Assembly (NCBI RefSeq): GCF_049337375.1
Contig: NZ_JBMPIV010000015.1
DNA: 64,000 nucleotides
Reading direction: 5' to 3' (one strand)
Origin: Nannocystis pusilla
Lineage (GTDB): Bacteria; Myxococcota_A; Polyangia; Nannocystales; Nannocystaceae
In this document: positions 38,936 to 48,559 of the stretch, one piece after another
Layout: every line of letters starts with the position of its first letter
How positions within the stretch are numbered: the stretch's first letter is position 1
The notes under the pieces: model-generated
What the model was told of the DNA's origin: nothing
Seen by the model: only the letters and a program-made list of their open reading frames with translations
Database searches by the model: none
Translations under genes and position numbers: made by a program

Positions 38936-40645
38936 ATGCAGACGCCGTCGTTCATCGCGTGCTGGTCGGCTCATGGCGGGGTGGGGCGCACTCTGGCCGT
39001 GTGGGGCGTGGGGCGGGTGCTGGCGGCGCGCGGGCTGCGGGTGCTGCTGGTGGACCTCGACCTCGAGGCGCCGGGGCTGACGCGGATCGTCGCCACGGAC
39101 GGCGAAGGGGTCGTCGAGTGGGCGGCCAGTCGGGGCGATGCACAGGCGCTCGTCGAGCGGTGCGTGGCGATCGGCGAGGGGCTGCGGGTGCTGCCGGCGG
39201 GGCGGCTCGGTGCGGATTATTGGGATCGGCTGGACGGGTGGGCGGCCGCAGAGCGCGGCGCGGCGTGGGACGGGCTGCGCCGGGCGATCACGGGGGCCGA
39301 CGTCGCCGACGTCGTGCTGATCGACGCGCCGACTGGTTCATCGCGGGCGGCCGAGCGCGGGGTGCGGGCGCTCGCCGATCGCGTGGTGCTGTTCACGGCC
39401 CTCGCTCGCCAGCACGTGGCCGGCACGGCCGAGCTGTTGCGTCGCTGCGAGGACGCGGGGCTGGCGACGCGGGTGGTGGGCAGCCCGCTGGCGGTCGGCG
39501 AGGACGAGCTGAGGGCGGTGCGCGAGGCGGCGGCGCGCGCGGCGGGGATCGAGCTGTCCCTGGTGATCCCGCAGCACCCGCGCGCGGCCCTGGACGAGCG
39601 GGCGAGCGAGCGCGGGCCGATCCTCGCGGCGCACGTCGAGCTGGCGCGTGGGATGGTGCTCGACGCGGGGTTCGAGGTGCGATCGATCCTCCGCGCGATC
39701 GAGGCGGCGGTCGCCGAGGAGGCGTGGCCGCGCGTGGTGTCGCTGGTGCGGGTGGCGAAGGTGGTCGAGCCGAGCGGCGAGTCGCTGGCGGCGACGCTGG
39801 GCTGGCTGCGCGGGCACGCGGGGCCGGGCGCGGGCGACCCCGTGTTCGCGCTGCTGGTGGAGGCGTTGCCGGCCGATGCGCCGGTCCACGCGAGCTTCGC
39901 CACGGCGCTGCACCGGGCCGGCAACCCGCTGGCCCGCGGCTTTTACGAGAAATTTCTGGCGGAGGTGCCCGAGCACGCGGACATGCTCGGCAACTTCGCG
40001 GCGTTCCTCAGCGACGTGGGCGGCGAGCACGACCTGGCCGAGGCTTACTACGAACGGGCGCTGGCGGCCGACGGCGAGGACGCCGACCATCGCGGCAACT
40101 TCGCCAACTTCCTCGCGCTGATCCGCGGCGACAGGGCGCGCGCCGACGCGTGTTACCGCGAGACGATCGCGCTGGCGCCGGAGGACGCGCATCACCTCGG
40201 CAACTACGCGAACTTTCGCGTCGGCGCGTTCGCCGACGCGGCCGGGGCGGAGGCGCTGTACCGCCGGGCGCTGGCGATCGAGCCGGACGACGGCAACTTG
40301 CTCGGGAACTTCGCCCGGCTGCTGTTCGCGGAGGGTCGCGCGACGGAGGGCCGCGAGCTGCTGGCGCGCGCGCTGGAGGCGTCGGAGCCGGAGTCGGCGC
40401 TGCGCTGCGAGCTGTGCTTCTACGCGTTCGCGCACGCGCCGGAGCTGTGCCCGGACGCGCTGCCGCAGCTGCTGGCGGCGCTTTCGGCCGGGGTCCGCTC
40501 GCCGGGGTGGGACCTGACGGCGAACGTGGCGCGGGCGCGAGGCGAGGGGCATCCGCAGGCCGAGCTGGTAGCTGCGCTGGCGACGGTGATCGCCGACGAG
40601 GCGCCGCTGACCGTGCTCGATGCATTCACGCGAGGCAGCGCGTAG
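38936..40645 (+). CDS. ParA/MinD-like P-loop ATPase (deviant Walker A) fused to C-terminal TPR repeats
   Basis: Walker-A-like SAHGGVGRT (Lys replaced by His and Arg). Followed by VLLVDLDLEAPGL as in ParA/MinD. The C-terminal half has repeated GNFANFL / GNYANF / GNFARLL TPR-like units. Confidence 0.55.
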   Translation: MQTPSFIACWSAHGGVGRTLAVWGVGRVLAARGLRVLLVDLDLEAPGLTRIVATDGEGVVEWAASRGDAQALVERCVAIGEGLRVLPAGRLGADYWDRLDGWAAAERGAAWDGLRRAITGADVADVVLIDAPTGSSRAAERGVRALADRVVLFTALARQHVAGTAELLRRCEDAGLATRVVGSPLAVGEDELRAVREAAARAAGIELSLVIPQHPRAALDERASERGPILAAHVELARGMVLDAGFEVRSILRAIEAAVAEEAWPRVVSLVRVAKVVEPSGESLAATLGWLRGHAGPGAGDPVFALLVEALPADAPVHASFATALHRAGNPLARGFYEKFLAEVPEHADMLGNFAAFLSDVGGEHDLAEAYYERALAADGEDADHRGNFANFLALIRGDRARADACYRETIALAPEDAHHLGNYANFRVGAFADAAGAEALYRRALAIEPDDGNLLGNFARLLFAEGRATEGRELLARALEASEPESALRCELCFYAFAHAPELCPDALPQLLAALSAGVRSPGWDLTANVARARGEGHPQAELVAALATVIADEAPLTVLDAFTRGSA

Positions 40646-40669
40646 GTGCAGTGGTTCTGACGCGGACGA

Positions 40670-41092
40670 TCAGAGGTACGCGGTGATCGCCGGAGTGCGG
40701 TCCTGGCGGTCGCGCTTGCCGTCCTCGTAGATGACGGGCGCGGCGGCCAGCGCCTCTTCGGTGGCGTCGTCGAGGCAGGCGATGTTGACGGCCCAGAAGT
40801 CGCCGCCCATCTCTTTCTCGAGGTAGCCGCGCGAGCACACGTGCGCGCCGCAATGGCCGCAGTGATAGTGATGGATGTCGCCGGGCGGCCAGTGCAGCGG
40901 GGTCGGCTGGTAGTCCTTCATGGCGTCCTGGCCGGCGGTGATGCGCACGGCGGCGTAGGGCACCAGCGCCTTGCGGTAGCCGAGCTTCCAGCAGAAGCTG
41001 CAGTTGCACTTGCGGATGCCGGCGGCCAGGTCGATGTCGGCCTCGAAGCGGATGGCGCCGCAGTGACAGCTGCCGTGGTAGGTGGTGGGCAT
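40670..41092 (-). CDS. GFA family (glutathione-dependent formaldehyde-activating / CENP-V-like) Cys-rich protein
   Basis: CHCGAIRF ... CNCSFC ... CGHCGAHV zinc-binding Cys motifs. 140 aa. Confidence 0.7.
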   Translation of the reverse strand: MPTTYHGSCHCGAIRFEADIDLAAGIRKCNCSFCWKLGYRKALVPYAAVRITAGQDAMKDYQPTPLHWPPGDIHHYHCGHCGAHVCSRGYLEKEMGGDFWAVNIACLDDATEEALAAAPVIYEDGKRDRQDRTPAITAYL

Positions 41093-41405
41093 GGGGGAGG
41101 TCTCCGCGGGGAGCATGCGCGACGATGGCCGTCGTGCCAGCGCGAGCCGATGCGTGCCCGCGTGCTGCTGCGGCGGTACCATCGCGGTCGCGGCCGCGTC
41201 GTCACAGCTCGCCGGACGGACCTGAAACTCGATCGCAGACATCGCGCGGCCCACGGGTTCGTGAGCGAGGGCCCGGCGATGCACACGCTGCGCAGCGGCC
41301 GGGCCATGGCGTGCGTGAAGATGCGAAAGCCGCTGACGTGAACGCGCGAGGACCCGCGGGCCGGAGCGCGCGGGTCCTCGAGGCGGAGCGTGGCGGACCT
41401 GTCTC

Positions 41406-42824
41406 TCAGGCCAGCAGTTCGGCGTACTCGCCCTGCTCGAGGCCGGCGCGGCCGAACTGGGTGACTGGGCCGCCGTTGTCGGTGCAGCCGACGGCGTTGA
41501 GCAGGGTGATGAGCAGGCGGTTGTGCGGGTGGGTCTGGACCCACGGGTCCTGGCCGCCGATGAGGTCGATGTAGTGGCCCTGCTTGAGGTAGCCGCCGGC
41601 GCCGCCGGCGATGATGACGGGCAGGTCGAGGTACGAGTGGGCCTTGCCGTCGGACAGCTCGTTGAACCAGACGACGGCGCTGTTGTCGAGCACGGTGCCG
41701 TCGCCCTCGCTGTACGAGGACAGGCGGTCGAGCAGGTGGCGGTACTGCTCGGCGTGCCAGCGATCGATCTGGGTCAGCATCTCGAGGTAGCCGGCGACCT
41801 CCTCGCCCGAGTTGTCGTCCTTGGTGTTGCCGTGCGACAGCTTGTGGTGGTTGAACTCGTGGTTCATGCCGTCCCACTTGTAGATCGGGCCGCCGGAGCC
41901 CGAGGCCCACTGGATGCTGCCGACGCTGGTGGCCCCGCAGGCGACCGCCATGGCGAGGATGTCGAGCTGCATCAGACCGATGGTCTTGAACTGCCAGTCC
42001 TCGAGCACCGAGTTGGGATCGATGGCCTCGATCTCGGCGGCCCGCGCCGGGTCGAGGGCGCACTCGATGAGGCCGTTGCCGACCATGTCGATCTCGAGGT
42101 CGCGGATCGAGTCGGCGTGCATCTCGAGCTTCTGGGCGTCGGCCTGGCTGAGGTTCTTGGCCTTGAGCGCCTTGAACTCCTCCTCGACGAGGTCGAGCAC
42201 GCTCTGGCGGCGCGTGGCGATCTGCATCTTGACGGCCTCGTCGAGGCCGCCCAGGCCCATGAGGTCCTGGTAGGTCAGCCACGGGTTGCCCTCGGGCGTG
42301 ACCGGGGTGTTGTTGCCGGCGTAGGAGATGTGGCCGAGCCAGTTGGTGTGGCGCCAGCCGACCGAGAGCGTCATCGACGGGCTGCCGTCTTGGTTGAGCT
42401 CCTGGGCGGCGCGCTGGTCGACGGAGATCCCGCGGGCGTACAGGGTGCCCGGATCGAGGGCCTCGGCGGTGAGCTTGTGGCCCATGCCCTTGGCGTGGTC
42501 GTCCCCGGGGGTGTCGGCGTCCTGGCCCCAACCCTTGGGCACCATGTGCATGCCGCGAGGGATCAGCAGCTTGCCGGCGTAGTCGGCCAGCGGCTCGATG
42601 CTGGTGCCCATCAGCGACGCGGCCGTCAGCGGGCCGGGCGCGGCGGGGAAGAAGCTCTCCATGTTGACGCCGTTGCACATGAAGAACACGACGAGCCGCT
42701 TGCCGCCGGGCTCGGCCGCCCTGGCGGTCTTGATGAAGCGCCGCCAGCCGAGCGACTCGAGGAAGGGCAGCGCGACCGCGACTCCGCACGCGCCTCGCAA
42801 AAAGTTGCGCCGTCTCATGGTCAT
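41406..42824 (-). CDS. DUF1552 domain protein with TAT signal
   Basis: [21 protein letters not shown] twin-arginine signal. 472 aa. The family is paired with DUF1592-type proteins in Myxococcota and Planctomycetota. Confidence 0.65.
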   Translation of the reverse strand: MTMRRRNFLRGACGVAVALPFLESLGWRRFIKTARAAEPGGKRLVVFFMCNGVNMESFFPAAPGPLTAASLMGTSIEPLADYAGKLLIPRGMHMVPKGWGQDADTPGDDHAKGMGHKLTAEALDPGTLYARGISVDQRAAQELNQDGSPSMTLSVGWRHTNWLGHISYAGNNTPVTPEGNPWLTYQDLMGLGGLDEAVKMQIATRRQSVLDLVEEEFKALKAKNLSQADAQKLEMHADSIRDLEIDMVGNGLIECALDPARAAEIEAIDPNSVLEDWQFKTIGLMQLDILAMAVACGATSVGSIQWASGSGGPIYKWDGMNHEFNHHKLSHGNTKDDNSGEEVAGYLEMLTQIDRWHAEQYRHLLDRLSSYSEGDGTVLDNSAVVWFNELSDGKAHSYLDLPVIIAGGAGGYLKQGHYIDLIGGQDPWVQTHPHNRLLITLLNAVGCTDNGGPVTQFGRAGLEQGEYAELLA

Positions 42825-44602
42825 CACTCCTCCACCGCGCGGAAGCGGAAGGTTCGGGTCAGGGTGAGGGACACCAGCAGCTCCTTGATGTTGTAGCCCG
42901 AGGCGGCCAGCTCGGCGTCGAGGGCGTCGATCGTGCAGCGATCGATGGGGGCGACGTCGCGGCCGTAGCCGTAGCGGAACCAGTTGGTGAGGTAGCAGCG
43001 GGTGCCGTTGGCGGACTCGCCGATCTGATGGACCATGTCGACCGCGTCGGTGAACGAGAGCAGCCACGAGCCCGAGACGGCCTCGCCGCTGGCGTCGACG
43101 GGGGCGCCGTTGTCGAGGTCGCGCCACTTGCCGAGGGCGTCGTAGTGCTCGAAGGCGAAGCCGGGCGGGTTGATGATGCCCTTGTGGCAGCCGGCGCAGT
43201 ACGGGTCCTGCTGGGTGTGAGCCTCGACCTGGTCGCGGGTGGTGACGATGTCGTCGCCGAGCGGCGGCAGGTTGGGGTCGATGCCGCCGGGCGGGGGCGG
43301 CGGCGGGGTGCAGAGGATCTGCTTCTGCACGAAGGCGCCGCGGAAGATCGGCGACGACATGCTCTGGTAGGCGTGGGTGGCGAGGAAGCTCGGCTGGGTG
43401 AGGATGCCGGCGCGCTTCTGCGGGTCGAGGGCGGCCTCGGTGAACTCGGCGCCGAACTGGCCCTGCAGGCCGTAGAGGGCGGCGAGCTCGGCGTTGACGA
43501 AGGTGACCGGGGCGGAGAGCAGGGCGGCGTAGTCGCCCTCGAGCTCGAACACGACGTGACGCACGAACCGCTGGGTCTCCTCGCGCATGGCGTGGGCGAG
43601 GGTCTTGTTGAACTCGGGGTAGAGGTCGCTGTTCTTCTGGAGGTTGTCGACCTTGTCGAGCTCGAGCCACTGGCGGTGGAAGTCGGCGACGGGCGCCTCG
43701 GCCTTGGGGCTGTCGAGCAGGCGCCGCGCCTGCGCCTCGACGCCCTCGGCGGTGTCGAGCTCGCCGGCCTCGGCGGCGGCGAGCAAGGCGTCGTCGGGCA
43801 TGCTGCCCCACAGCAAGTAGGACAGGCGCGAGGCGAGCTCGTAGCCGGCGAGCGGGATGACCTGGTCGCTGTCGACGCTGTCGCTCAGCTCGACGCGGTA
43901 GAGGAAGTGCCCCGATTGCAGCATGGCCTCGATGATGAATCGGATGCCCTGCTCGAACGGGGTGCCCTCGGGGTAGAGGCCGGCGCCCTGGCTGAACAGG
44001 CCGCTGTAGGTGGTCTGCTCGGTCGGGGTGAGCGGGCGACGGAAGGCGCGGCGGCCGAACTCGGCGACGAACTGCGACGCGCACTGCGAGCCGTCGCCCT
44101 CGGGCTGACACGGCAGCAGGGCGGCGAGGGCGTCGGGCTTGGTGGCCTCGCCGGCGAGGCGCTCGGCGGCGCGGCGATAGTCGCGGCCGAGGCGATCCTT
44201 GACGACCATCTGCTGGGCGTTGTTGTCGAAGCCGGCGACCGCAGGGTCGGCCAGGAACTCGGCCGAGGGCAGCGGGTCGAGGTTCAACTTCAGGAGGTCG
44301 GCGACGGTGAGGTCGTACTGCGAGTGGGTGAGCCGGACGAGCCGCGGCATCGGGCCCGGCTGCGGGCCCTCGTCGCACGAGACGGGCTGGCTGCCGCCGG
44401 TCGGATCGTCGCTGGTGTCGGTGCCGCCTTCGGTCGGATCGCCGCCGTCGGTCCCGGCAGAACCCTGGGTCGGTCCGGGGTTCTCCGTGGCGCCGACGGT
44501 CGCGCCGGCATCGTCGTTGCCGCCTCCGCCTCCGCCGCCGCAGCCGATCGCCGGCGCGAACAGGGCCAGCGCGGCCAGGTATCGTGGTAGGGATCGTGAC
44601 AC
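42824..44602 (-). CDS. DUF1592/DUF1588/DUF1585-family lipoprotein with cytochrome-c-like CxxCH motif (partner of DUF1552)
   Basis: Lipobox ALFAPAIGC followed by a Gly/Thr/Asp linker. Conserved blocks [21 protein letters not shown] and [27 protein letters not shown], which contains a heme-binding-type CxxCH. Confidence 0.6.
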   Translation of the reverse strand: MSRSLPRYLAALALFAPAIGCGGGGGGGNDDAGATVGATENPGPTQGSAGTDGGDPTEGGTDTSDDPTGGSQPVSCDEGPQPGPMPRLVRLTHSQYDLTVADLLKLNLDPLPSAEFLADPAVAGFDNNAQQMVVKDRLGRDYRRAAERLAGEATKPDALAALLPCQPEGDGSQCASQFVAEFGRRAFRRPLTPTEQTTYSGLFSQGAGLYPEGTPFEQGIRFIIEAMLQSGHFLYRVELSDSVDSDQVIPLAGYELASRLSYLLWGSMPDDALLAAAEAGELDTAEGVEAQARRLLDSPKAEAPVADFHRQWLELDKVDNLQKNSDLYPEFNKTLAHAMREETQRFVRHVVFELEGDYAALLSAPVTFVNAELAALYGLQGQFGAEFTEAALDPQKRAGILTQPSFLATHAYQSMSSPIFRGAFVQKQILCTPPPPPPGGIDPNLPPLGDDIVTTRDQVEAHTQQDPYCAGCHKGIINPPGFAFEHYDALGKWRDLDNGAPVDASGEAVSGSWLLSFTDAVDMVHQIGESANGTRCYLTNWFRYGYGRDVAPIDRCTIDALDAELAASGYNIKELLVSLTLTRTFRFRAVEE

Positions 44603-44746
44603 TCGGTCGCCTCCTGGGAAGCCACGGTAGAGGCCGGCCAGAGGGCTTGCAACGCAGAATCGGCGCGGGGCCGAAGGCCCCCACGGAGCCCCTTGTCGAG
44701 GCCGCGGCAGGGAGCCCCGAGGGCGCGGACGCGCTATGTTGGGGGC

Positions 44747-45157
44747 ATGTCCGACCGAGAGGTAGAGAAGACCGACGCGGAGTGGCGCGCGACGCTGAGC
44801 CCGGAGCAGTACCGGGTGCTGCGCCAGGCGGGGACCGAGCGCGCGTTCACGGGCGCGTACTGGGACGAGAAGGCGCCGGGCCAGTACCGCTGCGCCGGCT
44901 GCAAGGCGCTGCTGTTCGACGCGACGACGAAGTTCGACTCGGGCTGCGGCTGGCCGAGCTTCTTCGACGCGGTCGACCGCTCGGCCATCGAGGAGCGGGT
45001 CGACACCAGCCACGGAATGCGCCGCGTCGAGGTGCTGTGTCGCCGCTGCGGCGGCCACCTGGGCCATGTGTTCCCCGATGGTCCGCAGCCGACACGTCTG
45101 CGTTATTGCATCAACTCGCTGAGCCTCGACTTCGAGCGCGAGGGCGGATCGCAGTAG
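44747..45157 (+). CDS. msrB: Peptide-methionine (R)-S-oxide reductase MsrB
   Basis: YRCAGC...GCGWPSF...[17 protein letters not shown]. Two CxxC zinc motifs plus the catalytic Cys. 136 aa. Confidence 0.9.
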   Translation: MSDREVEKTDAEWRATLSPEQYRVLRQAGTERAFTGAYWDEKAPGQYRCAGCKALLFDATTKFDSGCGWPSFFDAVDRSAIEERVDTSHGMRRVEVLCRRCGGHLGHVFPDGPQPTRLRYCINSLSLDFEREGGSQ

Positions 45158-45171
45158 GCCGATCTCGCCGC

Positions 45172-45768
45172 TCAGTCCGACAGCCAGTGGCTGCGAAAAT
45201 GGGCGCCGTCCCAGTAGAGGAGCGCGCTCGAGGACTCGAGCTTCATCATGACGATGCCGTCGCCCTGGAGCACCGGTGCCTTGCCGCCGGGCCCCGCGGG
45301 CACGGAGGTGCCGCGGTCGTGGACGTACCAGGCGTCGCGCGCGGGTAAGGTGAGGCCGGCCTTGGGATCGTCGTCGAGCCAGACGGCCGGGCGCCCGCCG
45401 CCGCGCAGCACGACCAGCCGCGGCAGCGCGCCGGCGCCGAGCTTGGGCACGACGCTGACGAGGTAGTCGGGCGCGGCGTCGCCGTCGAAGTCGCCGCGCA
45501 GGTAGAACGGGTTGATGCCGCGATCGATGGCGTGGTCGGCCCAGATCTTGGCGGCGGCGCCGCGCTCGAGCAGCTCGGGCGGGGTGTTGGCGTCGCCGAG
45601 GCGATCGGCGAGCGCGGCGTCGTCCTGAGCCGGCGGTGGCGGCGGCGGCGGCGACGCGGCTGGCGTGGGCTCGGCCTTCGCGGGCGCGGGCGAGGGGACC
45701 GCGGCCGGCGCGGTGCAGGCGAGGACGGACAGGCCGAGGGTGACGAGGAGGTCGATGCGAGCGCTCAT
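45172..45768 (-). CDS. Hypothetical lipoprotein
   Basis: MSARIDLLVTLGLSVLACTAP lipobox, then Pro-rich linker. 198 aa. The longer ORF extension upstream is composed of repeat elements. Confidence 0.45.
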   Translation of the reverse strand: MSARIDLLVTLGLSVLACTAPAAVPSPAPAKAEPTPAASPPPPPPPAQDDAALADRLGDANTPPELLERGAAAKIWADHAIDRGINPFYLRGDFDGDAAPDYLVSVVPKLGAGALPRLVVLRGGGRPAVWLDDDPKAGLTLPARDAWYVHDRGTSVPAGPGGKAPVLQGDGIVMMKLESSSALLYWDGAHFRSHWLSD

Positions 45769-45959
45769 GAGAAGGAGGCGGAGCGTCACGACAACGGCGG
45801 CGGCCGGCGGCGCATTCCGTCGCGCGACGGGATAGCACGCACGCCGGCGACGCCCAGCCGCACGGCGTTGGCGCCGGACGCAGCGGCGTAGAAGGGATCG
45901 GCAGCGGCGAGGGCGCGGATGGCGGCGAGCGGGCTCGGCCGTGGGGCGGTCGAGCGAGG

Positions 45960-46250
45960 GGTGATGAAAGACATGGCGATTTGGACATTCTTGAAGGGAC
46001 ATGTCGCATCGGGCATGTCCAATGCGACATGTCATCACGTCTCCGGTCGGAGCTGTTCGAAATGCCACGTTCTTTCGGACATGTCCTCGGGGCCATGTGC
46101 AGCGCCGAGGCGCTCGGGACCGCTCGACGGCGCGCGCTGAAGCGTCCTTACCGGATGGGGGCGCTCAGCGCTCGCGCGTGGGCGAGAAGCGGGGCCTGTC
46201 AAAAAGGAATGACTTCAAGAACATGTCCAGCGGGCCATGTTCTTGGGCCC
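45960..46250. repeat. CATG-core hairpin cluster
   Basis: GGGACATGTCgcatcGGGCATGTCCaatgcGACATGTCATC, GGACATGTCCtcgGGGCCATGT, GAACATGTCCagcgGGCCATGTTC. Confidence 0.7.
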
Positions 46251-47241
46251 GCCCGGGGGCGGTCGGCGCTCGCTCGGGCGAGAAGCCGGGGCCGGGGTCG
46301 GGGCCGATCGGGGCCGGGCTCGGCGGCGGATCGGGCGGCGGCGGCTCGGGGCTGGTCTGCGGCGCGGCGTCGGCGGTGCCGAGCTCGGTCTCGGCGCTGA
46401 CGTCCTCGGGCAGCACGGGGGCGTCGTAGGGGCGGAAGCGGGTCTTGCCGGCGCGGCCGGCGTTGAAGCGATCGAGCTCGGCGTCGGTGAAGGCCTGCGG
46501 CGAGCCGTACGGCGCGACCTGGCGGACGAAGGCCTCGATCTTGGCGCGGGCGGTGCGGGCGACCTCGAGGCGCATGCGGTCGACCTCGGTGCGGCGCGTG
46601 CTGGTCGGGTCCTCGCACTCCTCCCAGCGCTCGAAGATCCGCCGCTTGCGCTCGATCAGCGGCAGCTTGGCGTCGCGCCAGACCTCGAGCAATTGGCCGC
46701 CGAGGTCGGCGAGCTCGCTGCGCAGGCGCTGCTTGTACCAGGCGTTGGCGAGGTGGAAGCGCAGCTGCTCGGTGGCGATCATGAAGGCCTGCTTGGCGCT
46801 CTTGTGGCGGTTCTTGCGGCGGCCGTCGGCGAGGCCGCCGAAGCGGGCGCCGAAGCCGGCGAGGATCGGCGCGCGGCCGTACGGGGCGGCGTTGCGGGGG
46901 AACAGCGCCTCTTCGATGACGCCCATGAACCACGGCGGATGACGCTCGGGCTCGGGCTCGCGGAGGCGGCGGCGCCACAGGTCGAGGCCGAGGAAGTTGA
47001 TGTCGGCGGTGCCGCCGTGGTCGCGGAACTCGACCGCACCATCGGGGTGGATGATGGCGGTGAAGCCGTCGCCGCGGTGCTTCAGGCGACCGGCGCCGTC
47101 GGGCTCGAGGTCGACCGAGGGGCGCGGGATGTTGGGCGGCAGCTTGGCCGGAGCAGCGTGGAGGTCGGGCGCGACCGACAGGCCCAGCACGATCGCGCTC
47201 GCGCGGACGAGACGGGGCAGGGGCGGAAGGCGCGGACGCAT
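46165..47241 (-). CDS. Hypothetical secreted protein
   Basis: Signal peptide MRPRLPPLPRLVRASAIVLGLSVAPDLHA. The C-terminal about 20 codons run into the hairpin cluster, so the true stop is uncertain. Confidence 0.4.
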   Translation of the reverse strand: MRPRLPPLPRLVRASAIVLGLSVAPDLHAAPAKLPPNIPRPSVDLEPDGAGRLKHRGDGFTAIIHPDGAVEFRDHGGTADINFLGLDLWRRRLREPEPERHPPWFMGVIEEALFPRNAAPYGRAPILAGFGARFGGLADGRRKNRHKSAKQAFMIATEQLRFHLANAWYKQRLRSELADLGGQLLEVWRDAKLPLIERKRRIFERWEECEDPTSTRRTEVDRMRLEVARTARAKIEAFVRQVAPYGSPQAFTDAELDRFNAGRAGKTRFRPYDAPVLPEDVSAETELGTADAAPQTSPEPPPPDPPPSPAPIGPDPGPGFSPERAPTAPGRAQEHGPLDMFLKSFLFDRPRFSPTRER

Positions 47242-47446
47242 CGACGAGCTCCGGCACAACACGGCGGGCTGGGCCGGCATTTCTGCGGTCGTCGCCGCCG
47301 GGCGTGGACCCTTCGAGTTCATCGCTGAACGCGGCGGCTGTAAAGCGGCGCGGAGGTCGCTCGAATGCGCGAAGCCGAGGACCGAGGTGATCGCCGTCGA
47401 GGTGCGAGACGGGACCGCCGGGGATGGCGAGGGAGGTCGCCCGCCG

Positions 47447-48559
47447 TCAGTCGCGCTGGCCGCGGGTGCGCGGGTCCTTGTAGTAGGCGCGCAAGACCCG
47501 GTGATCGGCCTTGCGGGCGCGATTTCGCGCGGCGACGTCGCGGTCGCGCGCCAGCGAGGCGAGCTCGGCGACCAGCTTGCGGTAGCTGTCGAGGCGCTCG
47601 GGCTCGATCTGGCCGGCGGCCGCGGCGGCCACCACGGCGCAGCCGGGCTCGTGGGCGTGGGTGCAGTCGCGGAAGCGGCAGCCCTCGGCGACCGCGGCGA
47701 TGTCGGCGAAAGCCTCGGGCACGCTCTCGTCCGCGTTCCACAGGCCGAGCTCGCGCATGCCGGGGGTGTCGATGACGAGGCCGCCGCGCGGCAGCACCAG
47801 CAGCTCGCGGTGGGTGGTGGTGTGGCGGCCCTTGCCGTCGTCGCGCAGGCCGCCGGTGCTGAGGCGCTCTTCGCCGAGCCAGCGGTTGATGAGCGTGCTC
47901 TTGCCGACGCCCGAGACGCCGATCAGCGCGGTGGTCTGCGGGCGGGCGACGTAGGCGTCGAGCTCGTCCAGGCCCTGGCCGCTGACGCTCGAGAGCACGT
48001 GGATCGGGATGGTCCGCTCGCCGGCGACGCGGGCCAGCAGCGGGCGGATGGCCGCAAGGACAGGTTCGGCGCTGTCGACCAGGTCGGCCTTGGTCAGCGC
48101 GATCACCGGGGCGGCGCCGCTGGCGAGGGTGATGGCGAGGTAGCGCTCGAGCCGGCGCAGGTTGGGCGCCTGGTCGAGCGGATGGACGATGAAGACGCTG
48201 TCGACGTCGGCGGCGACGATCTGCGGGGCGGCGGCGCCGCGGCCGGCGGCGCGGCGGGTGAGCACGGTCTTGCGCGGGAGGACGGTGTGGATGGTGGCGG
48301 TGCCGGCGGCGGCGTGGACGTCGAGCGCGACCCAGTCGCCGACGGCCGGCTTCTGCATGGCGTCCTTGGCCGCGGCCTTGCGCAGCTTGCCGGCCAGCTC
48401 GCCGCGCAGCTCGCCGGCGGCGGCGAGGACGATGTAACCGCCGCGATGCTCGGCGGCGACGCGACCGGGCAGGTTGCCGTCGCCGCGGTGGTTCGCCCAG
48501 GCCGCGGCGGCGTGCTCGTCCCAGCCGAGGCGCGCCAGCGGATCTGGCGCTTCGGTCAT
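47447..48559 (-). CDS. rsgA: Ribosome small-subunit-dependent GTPase A (RsgA/YjeQ)
   Basis: G-motif order circularly permuted: LTKADL precedes GVSGVGKSTLIN (P-loop), then DTPG. C-terminal zinc finger CRFRDCTHAHEPGC. Confidence 0.85.
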   Translation of the reverse strand: MTEAPDPLARLGWDEHAAAAWANHRGDGNLPGRVAAEHRGGYIVLAAAGELRGELAGKLRKAAAKDAMQKPAVGDWVALDVHAAAGTATIHTVLPRKTVLTRRAAGRGAAAPQIVAADVDSVFIVHPLDQAPNLRRLERYLAITLASGAAPVIALTKADLVDSAEPVLAAIRPLLARVAGERTIPIHVLSSVSGQGLDELDAYVARPQTTALIGVSGVGKSTLINRWLGEERLSTGGLRDDGKGRHTTTHRELLVLPRGGLVIDTPGMRELGLWNADESVPEAFADIAAVAEGCRFRDCTHAHEPGCAVVAAAAAGQIEPERLDSYRKLVAELASLARDRDVAARNRARKADHRVLRAYYKDPRTRGQRD

